Assembly (NCBI GenBank): GCA_964564675.1
Contig: CAZMBI010000006.1
Location: forward strand, 30,991 to 94,990
DNA from: an uncultured Azospirillaceae bacterium
GTDB taxonomy: Bacteria; Pseudomonadota; Alphaproteobacteria; Rickettsiales; UBA3002
Reading direction: 5' to 3'
Length of the DNA: 64,000 bases
Below are positions 18,460 to 30,827 of this stretch, piece by piece (the first letter of the stretch is position 1; every line of letters begins with the position of its first letter). The notes beneath the pieces are model-generated. The model searched no databases. It was not told where the DNA came from and saw only the letters and a list, made by a program, of their open reading frames with translations. A program made the position numbers and the translations under genes.

Positions 18460-19887
18460 TTAATCCTCGAAAATCGGTAGATAAATATTAAACGTACTGC
18501 CCTCGCCGACAATGCTGTCGACCGTGATCGCGCCGCGATGGCGCGTAATGATGCCCTTGACGATGGCCAGCCCCAGCCCGGTTCCGCCGACCTGGCGCGT
18601 GCGCGCTGAATCCACCCGGTAAAAGCGTTCCATCAGCCGCGGCAGGTGTTCCTTAGAAATCCCCTCGCCCTGATCGCGCACGGTCAGCAAGACCATCCGT
18701 GCCTGATTGCGCATACGCGTATCCGCCGGCAAATCCGACGTAACCCGCGCCCGCACGGAGACATCAGTATTGGCATGGCCGTACTTAATCGCATTGCTGA
18801 CCAGATTCTGAATCACCTGCCCCAGCTCATTAGCATCGCCTTTTACAGGCGGCAGATTGTCATGCAGATCGAGCACGATACGCATGTGCTTATCAGCCGC
18901 CGGGCGTTCGCAATGCTCGGCCTGTTTGCGCACCACTTTGGTCAGCTCCACCGAATCGGTGGGAATCGCGTTCGCGTTCATCTCGATTTTCGACAGGGAT
19001 AACAGGTCATTAATCAGCTGCTGCATGCGATCGGCCTGTTCCAGCATGATGGTGAGAAATTCGTCGCGGGCGTTGGGGTCTTCCTTGGCCGGCCCCATCA
19101 GCGTTTCGATAAACCCTTTGATAGAGGCCAGCGGCGTGCGGATTTCATGGCTGGCATTGGCCACAAAGTCGGCGCGCATCTGTTCAACGCTTTTCAGCTC
19201 GGTGATGTCATTCATGGTGATCACGGTGGAAATGCCGCCTGCCGAGGGCACGGGAAAGCGCTCGATGACAGCAAGAAAGTCGCGTATAACCGGCTCTTCG
19301 ATGCGAAACTCGATCTCCCGCCCCTTTAAATCGTGAATCACCGAGTTAACCGCATCAATCAGATAGTCGTTATCGATCACTTCGCGCAGCGGCTTTTGCG
19401 CCAGATTCTGGCCGAAAATCGCGCGCGCGGCGCGGTTGGTGCGCACGATCTGCTTGTGATCGTTGATCATGATCAGGATATCCGGCAGCGTATCGACCAA
19501 AATCTCGCGTTCGGTGATGATGCTTTCCATCTGCTGCTTTTTGATTTCCCAGCTTTTCTGCAGATTCTCCAGGGCATTGGTAAGATCGAACGGGGCCGAG
19601 AGATATTTCAGCTTGGGCGCCTGCACGCGTTTGTCCTGGGCCAGCTGGTTGACATAGCCGGTCAGCATCGCGAGATTGGCCAAAAACGGGTATACAAAAA
19701 TGGTGGTGGCCAGCAGTATAACGATGTAGGCATACAGCATCAGCGGCAGGCTGAGAATGCCAAGCACCACATAAATCGACAGGACAATCAGCGGCGGCAC
19801 GGAAACCAGCATCACCGATTTCAGCAGGGCGCGGAAATCCACGGCCGGTTTTTGCTCGCTGGGCGTATGGGATTCGGTTGACTCCAT
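18460..19887 (-). CDS. phoR: PAS-containing sensor histidine kinase PhoR
   Basis: DFVANASHEIRTPL, NLVSNAIKY, ERFYRVD and GGTGLGLAIV. Lies upstream of pstCAB. Confidence 0.9.
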   Translation of the reverse strand: MESTESHTPSEQKPAVDFRALLKSVMLVSVPPLIVLSIYVVLGILSLPLMLYAYIVILLATTIFVYPFLANLAMLTGYVNQLAQDKRVQAPKLKYLSAPFDLTNALENLQKSWEIKKQQMESIITEREILVDTLPDILIMINDHKQIVRTNRAARAIFGQNLAQKPLREVIDNDYLIDAVNSVIHDLKGREIEFRIEEPVIRDFLAVIERFPVPSAGGISTVITMNDITELKSVEQMRADFVANASHEIRTPLASIKGFIETLMGPAKEDPNARDEFLTIMLEQADRMQQLINDLLSLSKIEMNANAIPTDSVELTKVVRKQAEHCERPAADKHMRIVLDLHDNLPPVKGDANELGQVIQNLVSNAIKYGHANTDVSVRARVTSDLPADTRMRNQARMVLLTVRDQGEGISKEHLPRLMERFYRVDSARTRQVGGTGLGLAIVKGIITRHRGAITVDSIVGEGSTFNIYLPIFED

Positions 19888-19961
19888 AGGATGCGGTATA
19901 CAATCGTCCGAAATTGGTGGTCAGTAGTTATTCATGCTTTAGCTTTTAACCATATAATGAA

Positions 19962-19995
19962 AATATGGAATACGGAATACCGAATCCGGGATACG
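19962..19995. repeat. degenerate heptamer tandem repeat
   Basis: aatatgg aatacgg aataccg aatccgg gatacg in the phoR/rplU divergent region. Confidence 0.65.
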
Positions 19996-20008
19996 TCAAA
20001 AATTCCCA

Positions 20009-20036
20009 TTGACAGGTTGCTTGCCGGCACTATAGT
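20009..20036 (+). promoter_or_regulatory. sigma70 promoter of rplU-rpmA
   Basis: TTGACA-N16-TATAGT. Confidence 0.75.
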
Positions 20037-20074
20037 ATCGCTCTCTTTAAAATTCTAATTGTCAGGATAATACC

Positions 20075-20578
20075 ATGTTTGCAGTGGTACGCACAGGCGG
20101 TAAGCAATATCGGGTCGCACAGGGCGATGTCATCGCCGTGGAAAAACTGCCAGGCGAAGCCGGCGATACAGTCACGCTGAATGAGGTGCTGGCCACTGGC
20201 GGTGATAAGCCGCAAATTGGCACCCCGCTGGTGAAAGACGCCAGTGTGAGCGCCGAGATTATCGGCCAAGAGAAGGCCGACAAGATCTTCATCTTCAAGA
20301 AGAAGCGCCGGCATACCTATCGCCGGAAGCTGGGCCATCGTCAGTCGCTGACCCGATTGCGGATTACGGCCGTGCCCGGCGCCACTCAGGAGTCGGCAAA
20401 GCCCAAACAAGGCGCCAAACCGAAAATGACCAAGAGTGGCGACAGCAAGGCTGCCGCGAAAAAACCGGCCGCCAAGGGCGGGAAAAAAGACGCAAACGCC
20501 GAAACGGCGAACAAGACCGCTCCTAAGAAGCAGGCTGCGAGCAAGAAAAACAACAAAATGGACACTAAGGATACTTAA
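20075..20578 (+). CDS. rplU: 50S ribosomal protein L21 with Lys/Ala-rich C-terminal extension
   Basis: [14 protein letters not shown] and [17 protein letters not shown], followed by a tail of about 65 aa. Confidence 0.97.
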   Translation: MFAVVRTGGKQYRVAQGDVIAVEKLPGEAGDTVTLNEVLATGGDKPQIGTPLVKDASVSAEIIGQEKADKIFIFKKKRRHTYRRKLGHRQSLTRLRITAVPGATQESAKPKQGAKPKMTKSGDSKAAAKKPAAKGGKKDANAETANKTAPKKQAASKKNNKMDTKDT

Positions 20579-20656
20579 GAAACCGTATAAACCGTCGTCG
20601 CAACGGCGGGCCGCGGCCAGTCCGGCAAAGACGGATAAAGTTAAGGAGTTTGAGTC

Positions 20657-23217
<2,561 letters not shown>

Positions 23218-23221
<4 letters not shown>

Positions 23222-23679
23222 AGCAGTCGATTGAATATGCTGGCTTTCTGCCGCGCCTGGCGGCAGTGATCATCGACACGCTCATTTTATTGCCGGTCAC
23301 CAGCTTGATTATGGGCACTGTTGGCCCGTTTTATGAAGCGCTGTTAGGGCTGATAATGACCGGCACCTATTATACCCTGTTTGTCGCCGGCACCTGGCAG
23401 GCAACGCCCGGCAAACGCCTGATGGGCGTTTATGTTATCCGCGCCGACGGCGACGCGCTCGATCCGCGGCAGGCGCTGTGCCGCTATCTTGGATACCTCA
23501 TGCCGTCGCTGCCGATTTACTCCAGTCTGGAACCTGGCACCGCGCAGGGCATTGTGATATGGCTGTCGGCGATGTGGTTTTTGCCGATCGCCTTGACGGA
23601 ACAGAAAACCGGGTTACATGACCTATTATGCCGCACCCGCGTGGTGAAAGGGCGACCGGATGATGCAATGAACCGATGA
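23218..23679 (+). CDS. RDD family membrane protein
   Basis: YAGFLPRLAAVIID, QATPGKRLMG and GLHDLLCRTRVV. Confidence 0.9.
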
Positions 23680-23710
23680 GCGCCGCGGCTGCTCATCTCG
23701 GAAAGGACAG

Positions 23711-24997
23711 ATGATGGAATCGGCCCCTATGACCCAAAACGATATACCCGCATTAATGCTGGCGCTCGGCGAGAAAGCGCGCGACGCGTATCGCGAGCTG
23801 ATGGTTGCCAGCCCCGAAACTAAAGACGCGGCGCTGCGCCATGCCGCCGAGGCATTGCGGGCGCAGCAATCCGATGTTTTAGATGCCAACGCCCGTGATA
23901 TGGCCCAGGCCCGGCAAAAAGGCATTACCGGCGCGCTGCTTGACCGGCTGGAGCTTAATGCGGAACGTATCGAAGCCATGGCCAGCGGGCTGGAGGCCAT
24001 CGCCGCGCTGCCGGATCCGGTGGGGCGCAGCCTTATGCAATGGGATGTGGCGCATAACGGCCTGCATATCGCGCGCGTCAGCATACCGCTGGGCGTCATC
24101 GGCATTATTTACGAATCGCGGCCGAACGTGACCGCCGACGCCGGCGCGCTGTGCCTGAAATCGGGCAACGCCTGCATTCTGCGCGGCGGATCAGAGAGCC
24201 TGTATTCCTCCACCGCCATTGTCGCCGCTTTACATGAAGGCCTGAGCCGAGCCGATCTGCCCACCGCAGCGATTCAGCTGGTGCCCACGCGCGAGCGCGC
24301 GGCAGTGGGCGAAATGCTGAGTATGACCGAATATATCGATGTCATCGTCCCGCGCGGGGGCAAATCACTGACCGAGCGCATCGCCGCGGAAAGCCGGATT
24401 CCCACCATCCAGCATCTCGACGGCAACTGCCATACCTATATTCATGTCAATGCCGATTATGACATGGCAGTGCAGGTGGCGGTAAACGCAAAAATGCGCC
24501 GCACCGGTATTTGCGGGGCCACCGAATCCATCGTCATTGATGAAAGCATCATCGATACCGTGCTGCCCATGCTGGCCGCAGCGCTCATGGATAAAGGCTG
24601 CGAAATCCGCGGCGACGCCCGCGCCCGCCAAGCGTTTGATGAGATCAAACCGGCCGGTGACGCCGACTGGGGAACGGAATATCTCGATGCCGTCGTCTCG
24701 GTAAAAACCGTCAGCGATCTTGATGCCGCCATCGCCCACATCAACCGTTACAGCTCGCACCACACCGACGCCATCATCACCAAGGATGAAAGCGCCGCGC
24801 GGCGCTTCAGCGAACGTGTCGACAGCGCCATCGTCATGGTCAACAGCTCGACCCAGTTCGCTGATGGCGGCGAGTTCGGCATGGGCGCGGAGATCGGTAT
24901 CTCCACCGGCCGCCTGCATGCGCGCGGGCCCGTGGGCTGCGACCAGCTTGTGACTTATAAATATCTGGTTCATAGCGACGGCGCGGTGCGCCCCTGA
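23711..24997 (+). CDS. proA: gamma-glutamyl phosphate reductase
   Basis: PLGVIGIIYESRPNVT, LRGGSE, GICGATE and FADGGEFGMGAEIGIST. Confidence 0.97.
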   Translation: MMESAPMTQNDIPALMLALGEKARDAYRELMVASPETKDAALRHAAEALRAQQSDVLDANARDMAQARQKGITGALLDRLELNAERIEAMASGLEAIAALPDPVGRSLMQWDVAHNGLHIARVSIPLGVIGIIYESRPNVTADAGALCLKSGNACILRGGSESLYSSTAIVAALHEGLSRADLPTAAIQLVPTRERAAVGEMLSMTEYIDVIVPRGGKSLTERIAAESRIPTIQHLDGNCHTYIHVNADYDMAVQVAVNAKMRRTGICGATESIVIDESIIDTVLPMLAAALMDKGCEIRGDARARQAFDEIKPAGDADWGTEYLDAVVSVKTVSDLDAAIAHINRYSSHHTDAIITKDESAARRFSERVDSAIVMVNSSTQFADGGEFGMGAEIGISTGRLHARGPVGCDQLVTYKYLVHSDGAVRP

Positions 24998-25027
24998 ACT
25001 CGCAACCATGCATAATACGGCTCGCTA

Positions 25028-25615
25028 ATGATGCAACACCACACCATCGGCCTGCTCGGGGGCTCTTTCAACCCAGCGCATGCGGGCCATGCTCATCTGA
25101 GTAAGGAAGCGCTCAAACGCTTGCAACTGGATGCGGTGTGGTGGCTGGTATCACCGCGCAACCCGCTGAAAAACACAAAAGAACTGGCCCCCTACGACAA
25201 ACGCCTGGCCTCCGCCCTGGCGCTGGCCGCCAGCCATCCGCGTCTTGCAGTGTCGGATTTTGAGCAGCGCCACGGATTGCAATACAGCATCGATACCATC
25301 GTCGCCTTGCAGCAGGCCTATCCGCGCGTACGCTTCGTGTGGCTGATTGGTGCCGACAACCTGATGATATTCCATAAATGGCGCGGCTGGGCGCGTTTCT
25401 TCCACCAGCTGCCCATCGCTGTGTTTGACCGCGCGCCCTTTTCCCACGCCGCGCTGCGCAGCAAAGCCGCGCTGCGCTTTAAACAGGCGCGGCTAGATGA
25501 ACGTGACGCCGCCTTATTGCCGCGCCTGCCCTGCCCGGCCTGGACCTATTGCTTTATGCCGCGGCATCCGCTTTCTGCCACTGAACTGCGGGAAAAAGGC
25601 GACGGCCTGCGTTAG
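25028..25615 (+). CDS. nadD: nicotinate-nucleotide adenylyltransferase
   Basis: GGSFNPAHAGH, WWLVSPRNPLK and WLIGADNL. Confidence 0.93.
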   Translation: MMQHHTIGLLGGSFNPAHAGHAHLSKEALKRLQLDAVWWLVSPRNPLKNTKELAPYDKRLASALALAASHPRLAVSDFEQRHGLQYSIDTIVALQQAYPRVRFVWLIGADNLMIFHKWRGWARFFHQLPIAVFDRAPFSHAALRSKAALRFKQARLDERDAALLPRLPCPAWTYCFMPRHPLSATELREKGDGLR

Positions 25616-25714
25616 GCAGTGTGCCGGTACGCGACACAATAAAGCGACAGGCAGGATAAAATTCACTTGGAATGCGTTTGTTTTTTATGGCATAATTGTA
25701 ATGTGAGTTACACA

Positions 25715-26113
25715 ATGGGAGAAACGCCGATTCCATCACTCCAAAAGCCGGATGCTGCGGCCGTGCGCCAGATTATCGCGGCATCACTCGATGAGGACAA
25801 AGCCGAAGAGATTGTTCACATTGACCTTTCCGGAAAATGCAGCTTTGCCGATCATATGGTGGTCGCCTCCGGGCGTTCGCAGCGGCATGTCACTGCGCTT
25901 GCTTCCAAACTGCAGGATAAACTCAAGCAGGCCGGCATCCCCCCGCTTTCCATTGAAGGGGTGGAGGCCGGAGAGTGGGTATTGATCGATGCCGGTGACG
26001 TCATCGTTCACCTGTTCCGGCCGGAAGTGCGCAAATATTATAATCTGGAAAAAATGTGGGCCATTCCGATGCCAGCGCTGGTTGATACCTCGCAGCAGGA
26101 TGCGCATGCATAA
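25715..26113 (+). CDS. rsfS: ribosome silencing factor
   Basis: DKAEEI, ASGRSQRHV and WVLIDAGDVIVHLFRPEVRKYYNLEKMW. Confidence 0.95.
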   Translation: MGETPIPSLQKPDAAAVRQIIAASLDEDKAEEIVHIDLSGKCSFADHMVVASGRSQRHVTALASKLQDKLKQAGIPPLSIEGVEAGEWVLIDAGDVIVHLFRPEVRKYYNLEKMWAIPMPALVDTSQQDAHA

Positions 26114-26126
26114 CGCGGCTTAAGGC

Positions 26127-26588
26127 ATGATGCGGATTACCATCGCAGCCGTCGGCAAAGCCAAAGCTGGCGCCGAGTTGGATTTGCTCAACCATTATCT
26201 CGCCCGGCTGAAATGGCCGGTCACGCTCCATGAAATCGACAGCAAAGCCAGCCTGCCAGCCGCTAAACGGCGGGAGTACGAAGCCCAGGGACTGCTCGCC
26301 AAATGCGCGGGCGCGCATCGACTGATTGCGCTGGATGAGCGCGGCCGGTCACTCAGCAGCGCGGACTTCGCCCGCCAGATTGCCAACTGGCAAACCCACG
26401 GCCACTCGCACCTGGCCTTTATCATCGGCGGCGCCGACGGGCTCAGCGACGGGCTACGCCAGCGCGCCGACTGGCTGCTGGCACTGGGACCGATGACCTG
26501 GCCGCACATGCTGGTGCGCGCTCTGCTTGCCGAGCAGCTCTACCGCGCGCACAGCGTGCTCTCAGGCCATCCGTATCATCGCGCGTGA
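26127..26588 (+). CDS. rlmH: 23S rRNA pseudouridine-1915 N3-methyltransferase
   Basis: ALDERG, FIIGGADG, TWPHMLVR and EQLYRA...GHPYHR. Confidence 0.96.
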   Translation: MMRITIAAVGKAKAGAELDLLNHYLARLKWPVTLHEIDSKASLPAAKRREYEAQGLLAKCAGAHRLIALDERGRSLSSADFARQIANWQTHGHSHLAFIIGGADGLSDGLRQRADWLLALGPMTWPHMLVRALLAEQLYRAHSVLSGHPYHRA

Positions 26589-26626
26589 GGCCTTGCGCCG
26601 CCTTGAATTACCATTATATTATACGA

Positions 26627-28195
26627 ATGGAACAACGCCCGAAACCGGTGGTATTATGCATTCTCGATGGCTGGGGTCATCGCGAGGAAACCGATCACAA
26701 CGCCATCGCCGCTGCCCACACCCCGACCTGGGATCATCTGCGCGCCACCTACCCGTACGGCGTGCTTAACGCTTCGGAAAGCGCAGTCGGCCTGCCCACC
26801 GGCCAAATGGGCAATTCCGAGGTGGGTCACATGAATATCGGCGCCGGACGCGTGGTGATGCAGGACCTGCCGCGCATCGATGCCGCCATCGCCGATGACA
26901 GCCTGGCCGCCAATCCGGCCCTGCAGGCCTTTATCGAGCCGCTTAAGGCCGGCGGCGGCGCCTGCCATGTGATGGGCCTGCTCTCCGATGGCGGCGTGCA
27001 TGCGCATATGGACCATATGGTAACGCTGGCCGAACAGGTGGCCAATGCAGGCGTGCCGGTACACATCCACGCCTTTCTTGATGGCCGCGATACGCCGCCG
27101 AAAAGCGCCGGCAGCTATCTTGCCCGCCTGCAAGATGCCGTTGTTGCCAATCCAATGATCACGCTGAGCACGCTGTGCGGCCGCTATTATGCAATGGACC
27201 GCGATAAGCGCTGGGAACGCGTGCAGCAGGCCTATGACCTGCTGGTCAACGGCCGCGGCGAACCGGCGGGCGATGCCGTAAGCGCTGTTCAAGCCCATTA
27301 TGCGCAGGCGGTAACCGATGAATTCATGCCGCCACTGGCGCTTGGCGACTATTGCGGCATGGCTGACGGCGATGGGCTGCTGATGGCCAATTTCCGTGCC
27401 GATCGCGCGCGGCAACTGCTCACCGCGCTGCTTGAGCCTGCTTTTGAGGGTTTTACACGCCATCGGAGCGTTCAGTTCGCTGCCACCTTGGGCATGGTCG
27501 AGTATTCCGATGCGTTGAATCTGCTGATGCCGGCTTTGTTCCCGCCGGAGCCGCTGGCCGGCATACTCGGCGAACGCGTCGCCGAGGCCGGGCTGACGCA
27601 ACTGCGTCTGGCGGAGACCGAAAAATATGCCCATGTTACGTTTTTTATGAATGGCGGGCGCGAAGCGCCGTTTGCCGAAGAGGCGCGTATTTTAGTGCCC
27701 TCGCCCAAAGTGGCCACCTACGATCTGATGCCGGAAATGGCCGCCGAAACCGTCACCGACGAACTGGTCACCGCCATTGAAACCCGGGCGTATGATCTGA
27801 TTATCGTCAATTACGCCAACCCCGATATGGTGGGCCATAGCGGACGTATGGAAGCCGCCATACAAGCGGTTGAGGCCGTGGATCACTGCCTCGGGCGCGT
27901 CGTCGAGGCGTTGCATGCGGCAGACGCGGCCATGCTGATCACCGCCGATCACGGCAATGTCGAACAAATGCACGATGCCGCCACCGATCAGGCCCATACC
28001 GCCCACACGCTGAATCCGGTGCCGGCTATCCTAGTTGGTCAGGCGTTTGAACGCGCCGATATCACCCTGCCCGGCGGCCAGTTGTCCGATATCGCGCCGA
28101 CCCTGCTCGACCTGCTGCAACTGACACAGCCCGAGGACATGACCGGTAGCTCACTCCTGACGCGGAAAACTCGCCATGTCGCCGCACGCGCCTAA
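26627..28195 (+). CDS. gpmI: 2,3-bisphosphoglycerate-independent phosphoglycerate mutase
   Basis: ILDGWG, GQMGNSEVGH, GRYYAMDRD, ETEKYAHVT and DMVGHSG. Confidence 0.97.
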   Translation: MEQRPKPVVLCILDGWGHREETDHNAIAAAHTPTWDHLRATYPYGVLNASESAVGLPTGQMGNSEVGHMNIGAGRVVMQDLPRIDAAIADDSLAANPALQAFIEPLKAGGGACHVMGLLSDGGVHAHMDHMVTLAEQVANAGVPVHIHAFLDGRDTPPKSAGSYLARLQDAVVANPMITLSTLCGRYYAMDRDKRWERVQQAYDLLVNGRGEPAGDAVSAVQAHYAQAVTDEFMPPLALGDYCGMADGDGLLMANFRADRARQLLTALLEPAFEGFTRHRSVQFAATLGMVEYSDALNLLMPALFPPEPLAGILGERVAEAGLTQLRLAETEKYAHVTFFMNGGREAPFAEEARILVPSPKVATYDLMPEMAAETVTDELVTAIETRAYDLIIVNYANPDMVGHSGRMEAAIQAVEAVDHCLGRVVEALHAADAAMLITADHGNVEQMHDAATDQAHTAHTLNPVPAILVGQAFERADITLPGGQLSDIAPTLLDLLQLTQPEDMTGSSLLTRKTRHVAARA

Positions 28196-29378
28196 ACGCA
28201 TTTTCTGCCTGATCTGTCTGCTGGCAGGCCTGCCGGCCTTGGCCGCCGAGCGGCCCGAGGCATCGCTCGCGCAAACGCTGGAAGCGCTCGAATCCTCGCA
28301 GGAGCAGCGCGAGGCGCTGGAGTCGATGCAGGCGGAAAATGCCGAAAAGCTGGCCGAGCTGAAAGCCCGGAGCCTGCAGCTGGCGGAGGATGTCCGCACG
28401 CTGGAAAGCCGGATCGCCGAGCAAAATACCGCCCTTAACGAACTGGAAGCAACCATCGCGGCCAAGCAAACCCGCCTTAACGCCCGCCGTGAGGAAATCG
28501 CCACGCTGCTTTACGGCATGGTCCGCATGCAACAGTTGCCGCGGCAATTCGTACTCGCCGCCCCCGGCAATGCCGACAGCCTGCTGCGCACGGCTAGCGC
28601 CTTATCGGTGAGTTTTGACGCCACCGAACAGGCCGCCGACAGCCTGCAGGAGGAGCTGCGCGCCTTTGCCGAGCTCAAGAAACAAGCCGCCGCCAGCCGG
28701 CGTAAACTGGCCGGGCAAAAAGAGGATTTAGGCGAAAAGATGGAGACGCTTAAAGCCTCCATGCAAAAGCGGCAGGCCATGCAGGCCAAAGTCGATGCCG
28801 ATTTGCGCAAGCTCAAGCGACAAATCGCCATGCTCTCGGAAAAATCCTCCACCCTGCAGGAACTGCTGCAACAGCTTGACCGCGAACAAGCGCTGTTTCA
28901 GGCGCTGGGTGCGCCCAAGGCCAAGCCGCAAATGCCCGCCGCAGCCGGTAGGCCGGATACGGGCCGCGCCTTTGCCGAGCGCAAAGGCGCCCTGCCCTAC
29001 CCCGCCGCCGGCACACGGCTGCACCGCTATGGCGCACGCAAAGGCCCGGGCGAAACCTATAGCGGCGAAGTGCTGCGCACCGCCCCCGGCGCCATGGTCA
29101 CCGCGCCCCATCGCGGGCAGGTGGTATTTGCCGATCATTTCATGGAATACGGCAACATGCTGATTATCCGCCACGGCGACGGCTATCATACCGTGCTCGC
29201 CGGGCTCGAAGTGATGCACGCGGCGCCGGGGCAGAAAATCCGCGCCGGCGAACCCATAGGTGTGATGGGCAAGACGCCGGATGCACGAGAACTCTATCTG
29301 GAACTGCGAAAAAACAGCAAAGCTATTGACCCGACTGCCTGGATGGGTAATCTCACTAGTGACATTGCGCGTCGATAA
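28176..29378 (+). CDS. envC: murein hydrolase activator EnvC family (coiled coil + degenerate M23)
   Basis: Signal peptide, long coiled coil and C-terminal M23 fold (YGNMLIIRHGDGY, LYLELR) lacking Zn ligands. Conserved gpmI-envC-ctpA order. Confidence 0.85.
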   Translation: MSPHAPKRIFCLICLLAGLPALAAERPEASLAQTLEALESSQEQREALESMQAENAEKLAELKARSLQLAEDVRTLESRIAEQNTALNELEATIAAKQTRLNARREEIATLLYGMVRMQQLPRQFVLAAPGNADSLLRTASALSVSFDATEQAADSLQEELRAFAELKKQAAASRRKLAGQKEDLGEKMETLKASMQKRQAMQAKVDADLRKLKRQIAMLSEKSSTLQELLQQLDREQALFQALGAPKAKPQMPAAAGRPDTGRAFAERKGALPYPAAGTRLHRYGARKGPGETYSGEVLRTAPGAMVTAPHRGQVVFADHFMEYGNMLIIRHGDGYHTVLAGLEVMHAAPGQKIRAGEPIGVMGKTPDARELYLELRKNSKAIDPTAWMGNLTSDIARR

Positions 29379-29432
29379 TTATACAACAGGCTATACGAAG
29401 AACATTCACAAGCCGACAGTCCGGAGATTTTA

Positions 29433-30785
29433 ATGACGTTTAATGGCTTTTCACTGCGCCACCTGGCTTATCTCGCCAGCGCCGCCACCGCACTGTTTCT
29501 GACGCCCGCCTTCGCGCAGGAGCAAAATGACAAACCGGCGGAGTCCGATTCGGCTATTAACACCTATGAGATGCTCAATCTGTTTGGCGATGTGTTCGAG
29601 CGGGTGCGTCGCGATTATGTGGAGCCGGTGGAGGACGAAAAGCTGATCGAATCAGCTATCAACGGCATGCTGACCTCGCTGGACCCGCATTCGGGTTATT
29701 TGTCGGAAAAAAGCTTCAACGAAATGCAGGTCCAGACCAAAGGCGAGTTCGGCGGGCTGGGTATTGAGGTGACCATGGAAAACGGGCTGGTCAAGGTGGT
29801 CTCGCCCATCGACGACACCCCCGCCTTTCATGCCGGCGTCAAAGCGGGGGATTTTATCAGCGAAATTGACGGCGAAGCGGTGATGGGCATGACCCTCTCA
29901 GAAGCGGTCGAAAAGATGCGCGGCAAGGTTGGCACCGATATCGAGATCACCATCCTGCGCGAGGGGCTAACCGAGCCCAAACCAGTCACCATTACGCGAG
30001 ATCTGATCAAGATCAAGTCGGTGCGCGCCCGTGCCGAAGGCGATGTGGCCTATCTGCGCGTCGTCTCATTCTCGGAAAACACCTACGACTCGCTGGAGCG
30101 CGAATTTAACCGGCAACGTCAGGAAATCGGCGACGGCATGAAGGGAATCGTACTTGATTTGCGCAATAATCCCGGCGGCCTGCTCGATCAAGCGATTGCC
30201 GTGGCCGATGCCTTTTTGGAACGTGGCGAGATCGTCTCCACCCGCGAGCGTGACCCGATCGACACCAAGCGCTACAGCGCCCGTAAGGGCGATATCGCCG
30301 ACGGCCTGCCGATGGTGGTCTTGATCAATCAGGGCTCCGCCTCCGCATCGGAGATTGTCGCCGGGGCACTGAAAGATCATAAACGGGCGGTGATTCTGGG
30401 TACCAAATCCTTCGGCAAAGGGTCGGTACAGACTGTCATTCCGCTGCAGGCGCATGGCGCCATGCGCCTGACCACCGCGCGCTATTATACGCCGGCGGGC
30501 GTGTCGATTCAGGCAACCGGCATCGAGCCGGATATCAAGGTCGAGCCCGCCAAGGTCGAACTGGTGGACGGGGAGGGCAACGCGCGCACTGAGTCGAGCC
30601 TGCGCGGCCATCTGCTCAATGAACAGATCCGCAAGGAACGTGAGAAATTCCGTAAACAGCAGCAAGCCGATGAGGACAACGGCGACAATAAGGCGGAAGA
30701 GGATTATCAGCTATCGCGGGCGCTGGATTTGATCCGCGCGCTGGCCATTTATGAAAAAGTGCTCTCACAAGAAGAGGCATCGTAA
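29433..30785 (+). CDS. ctpA: carboxyl-terminal processing protease (S41)
   Basis: LDPHS, PDZ GGLGIEV, DLRNNPGG, SASASEIVAGAL and FGKGSVQ. Confidence 0.95.
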   Translation: MTFNGFSLRHLAYLASAATALFLTPAFAQEQNDKPAESDSAINTYEMLNLFGDVFERVRRDYVEPVEDEKLIESAINGMLTSLDPHSGYLSEKSFNEMQVQTKGEFGGLGIEVTMENGLVKVVSPIDDTPAFHAGVKAGDFISEIDGEAVMGMTLSEAVEKMRGKVGTDIEITILREGLTEPKPVTITRDLIKIKSVRARAEGDVAYLRVVSFSENTYDSLEREFNRQRQEIGDGMKGIVLDLRNNPGGLLDQAIAVADAFLERGEIVSTRERDPIDTKRYSARKGDIADGLPMVVLINQGSASASEIVAGALKDHKRAVILGTKSFGKGSVQTVIPLQAHGAMRLTTARYYTPAGVSIQATGIEPDIKVEPAKVELVDGEGNARTESSLRGHLLNEQIRKEREKFRKQQQADEDNGDNKAEEDYQLSRALDLIRALAIYEKVLSQEEAS

Positions 30786-30827
30786 CCACGCGCCGTTTCA
30801 CGCAGCCCGTGGGCGGCTTGATGGCGT

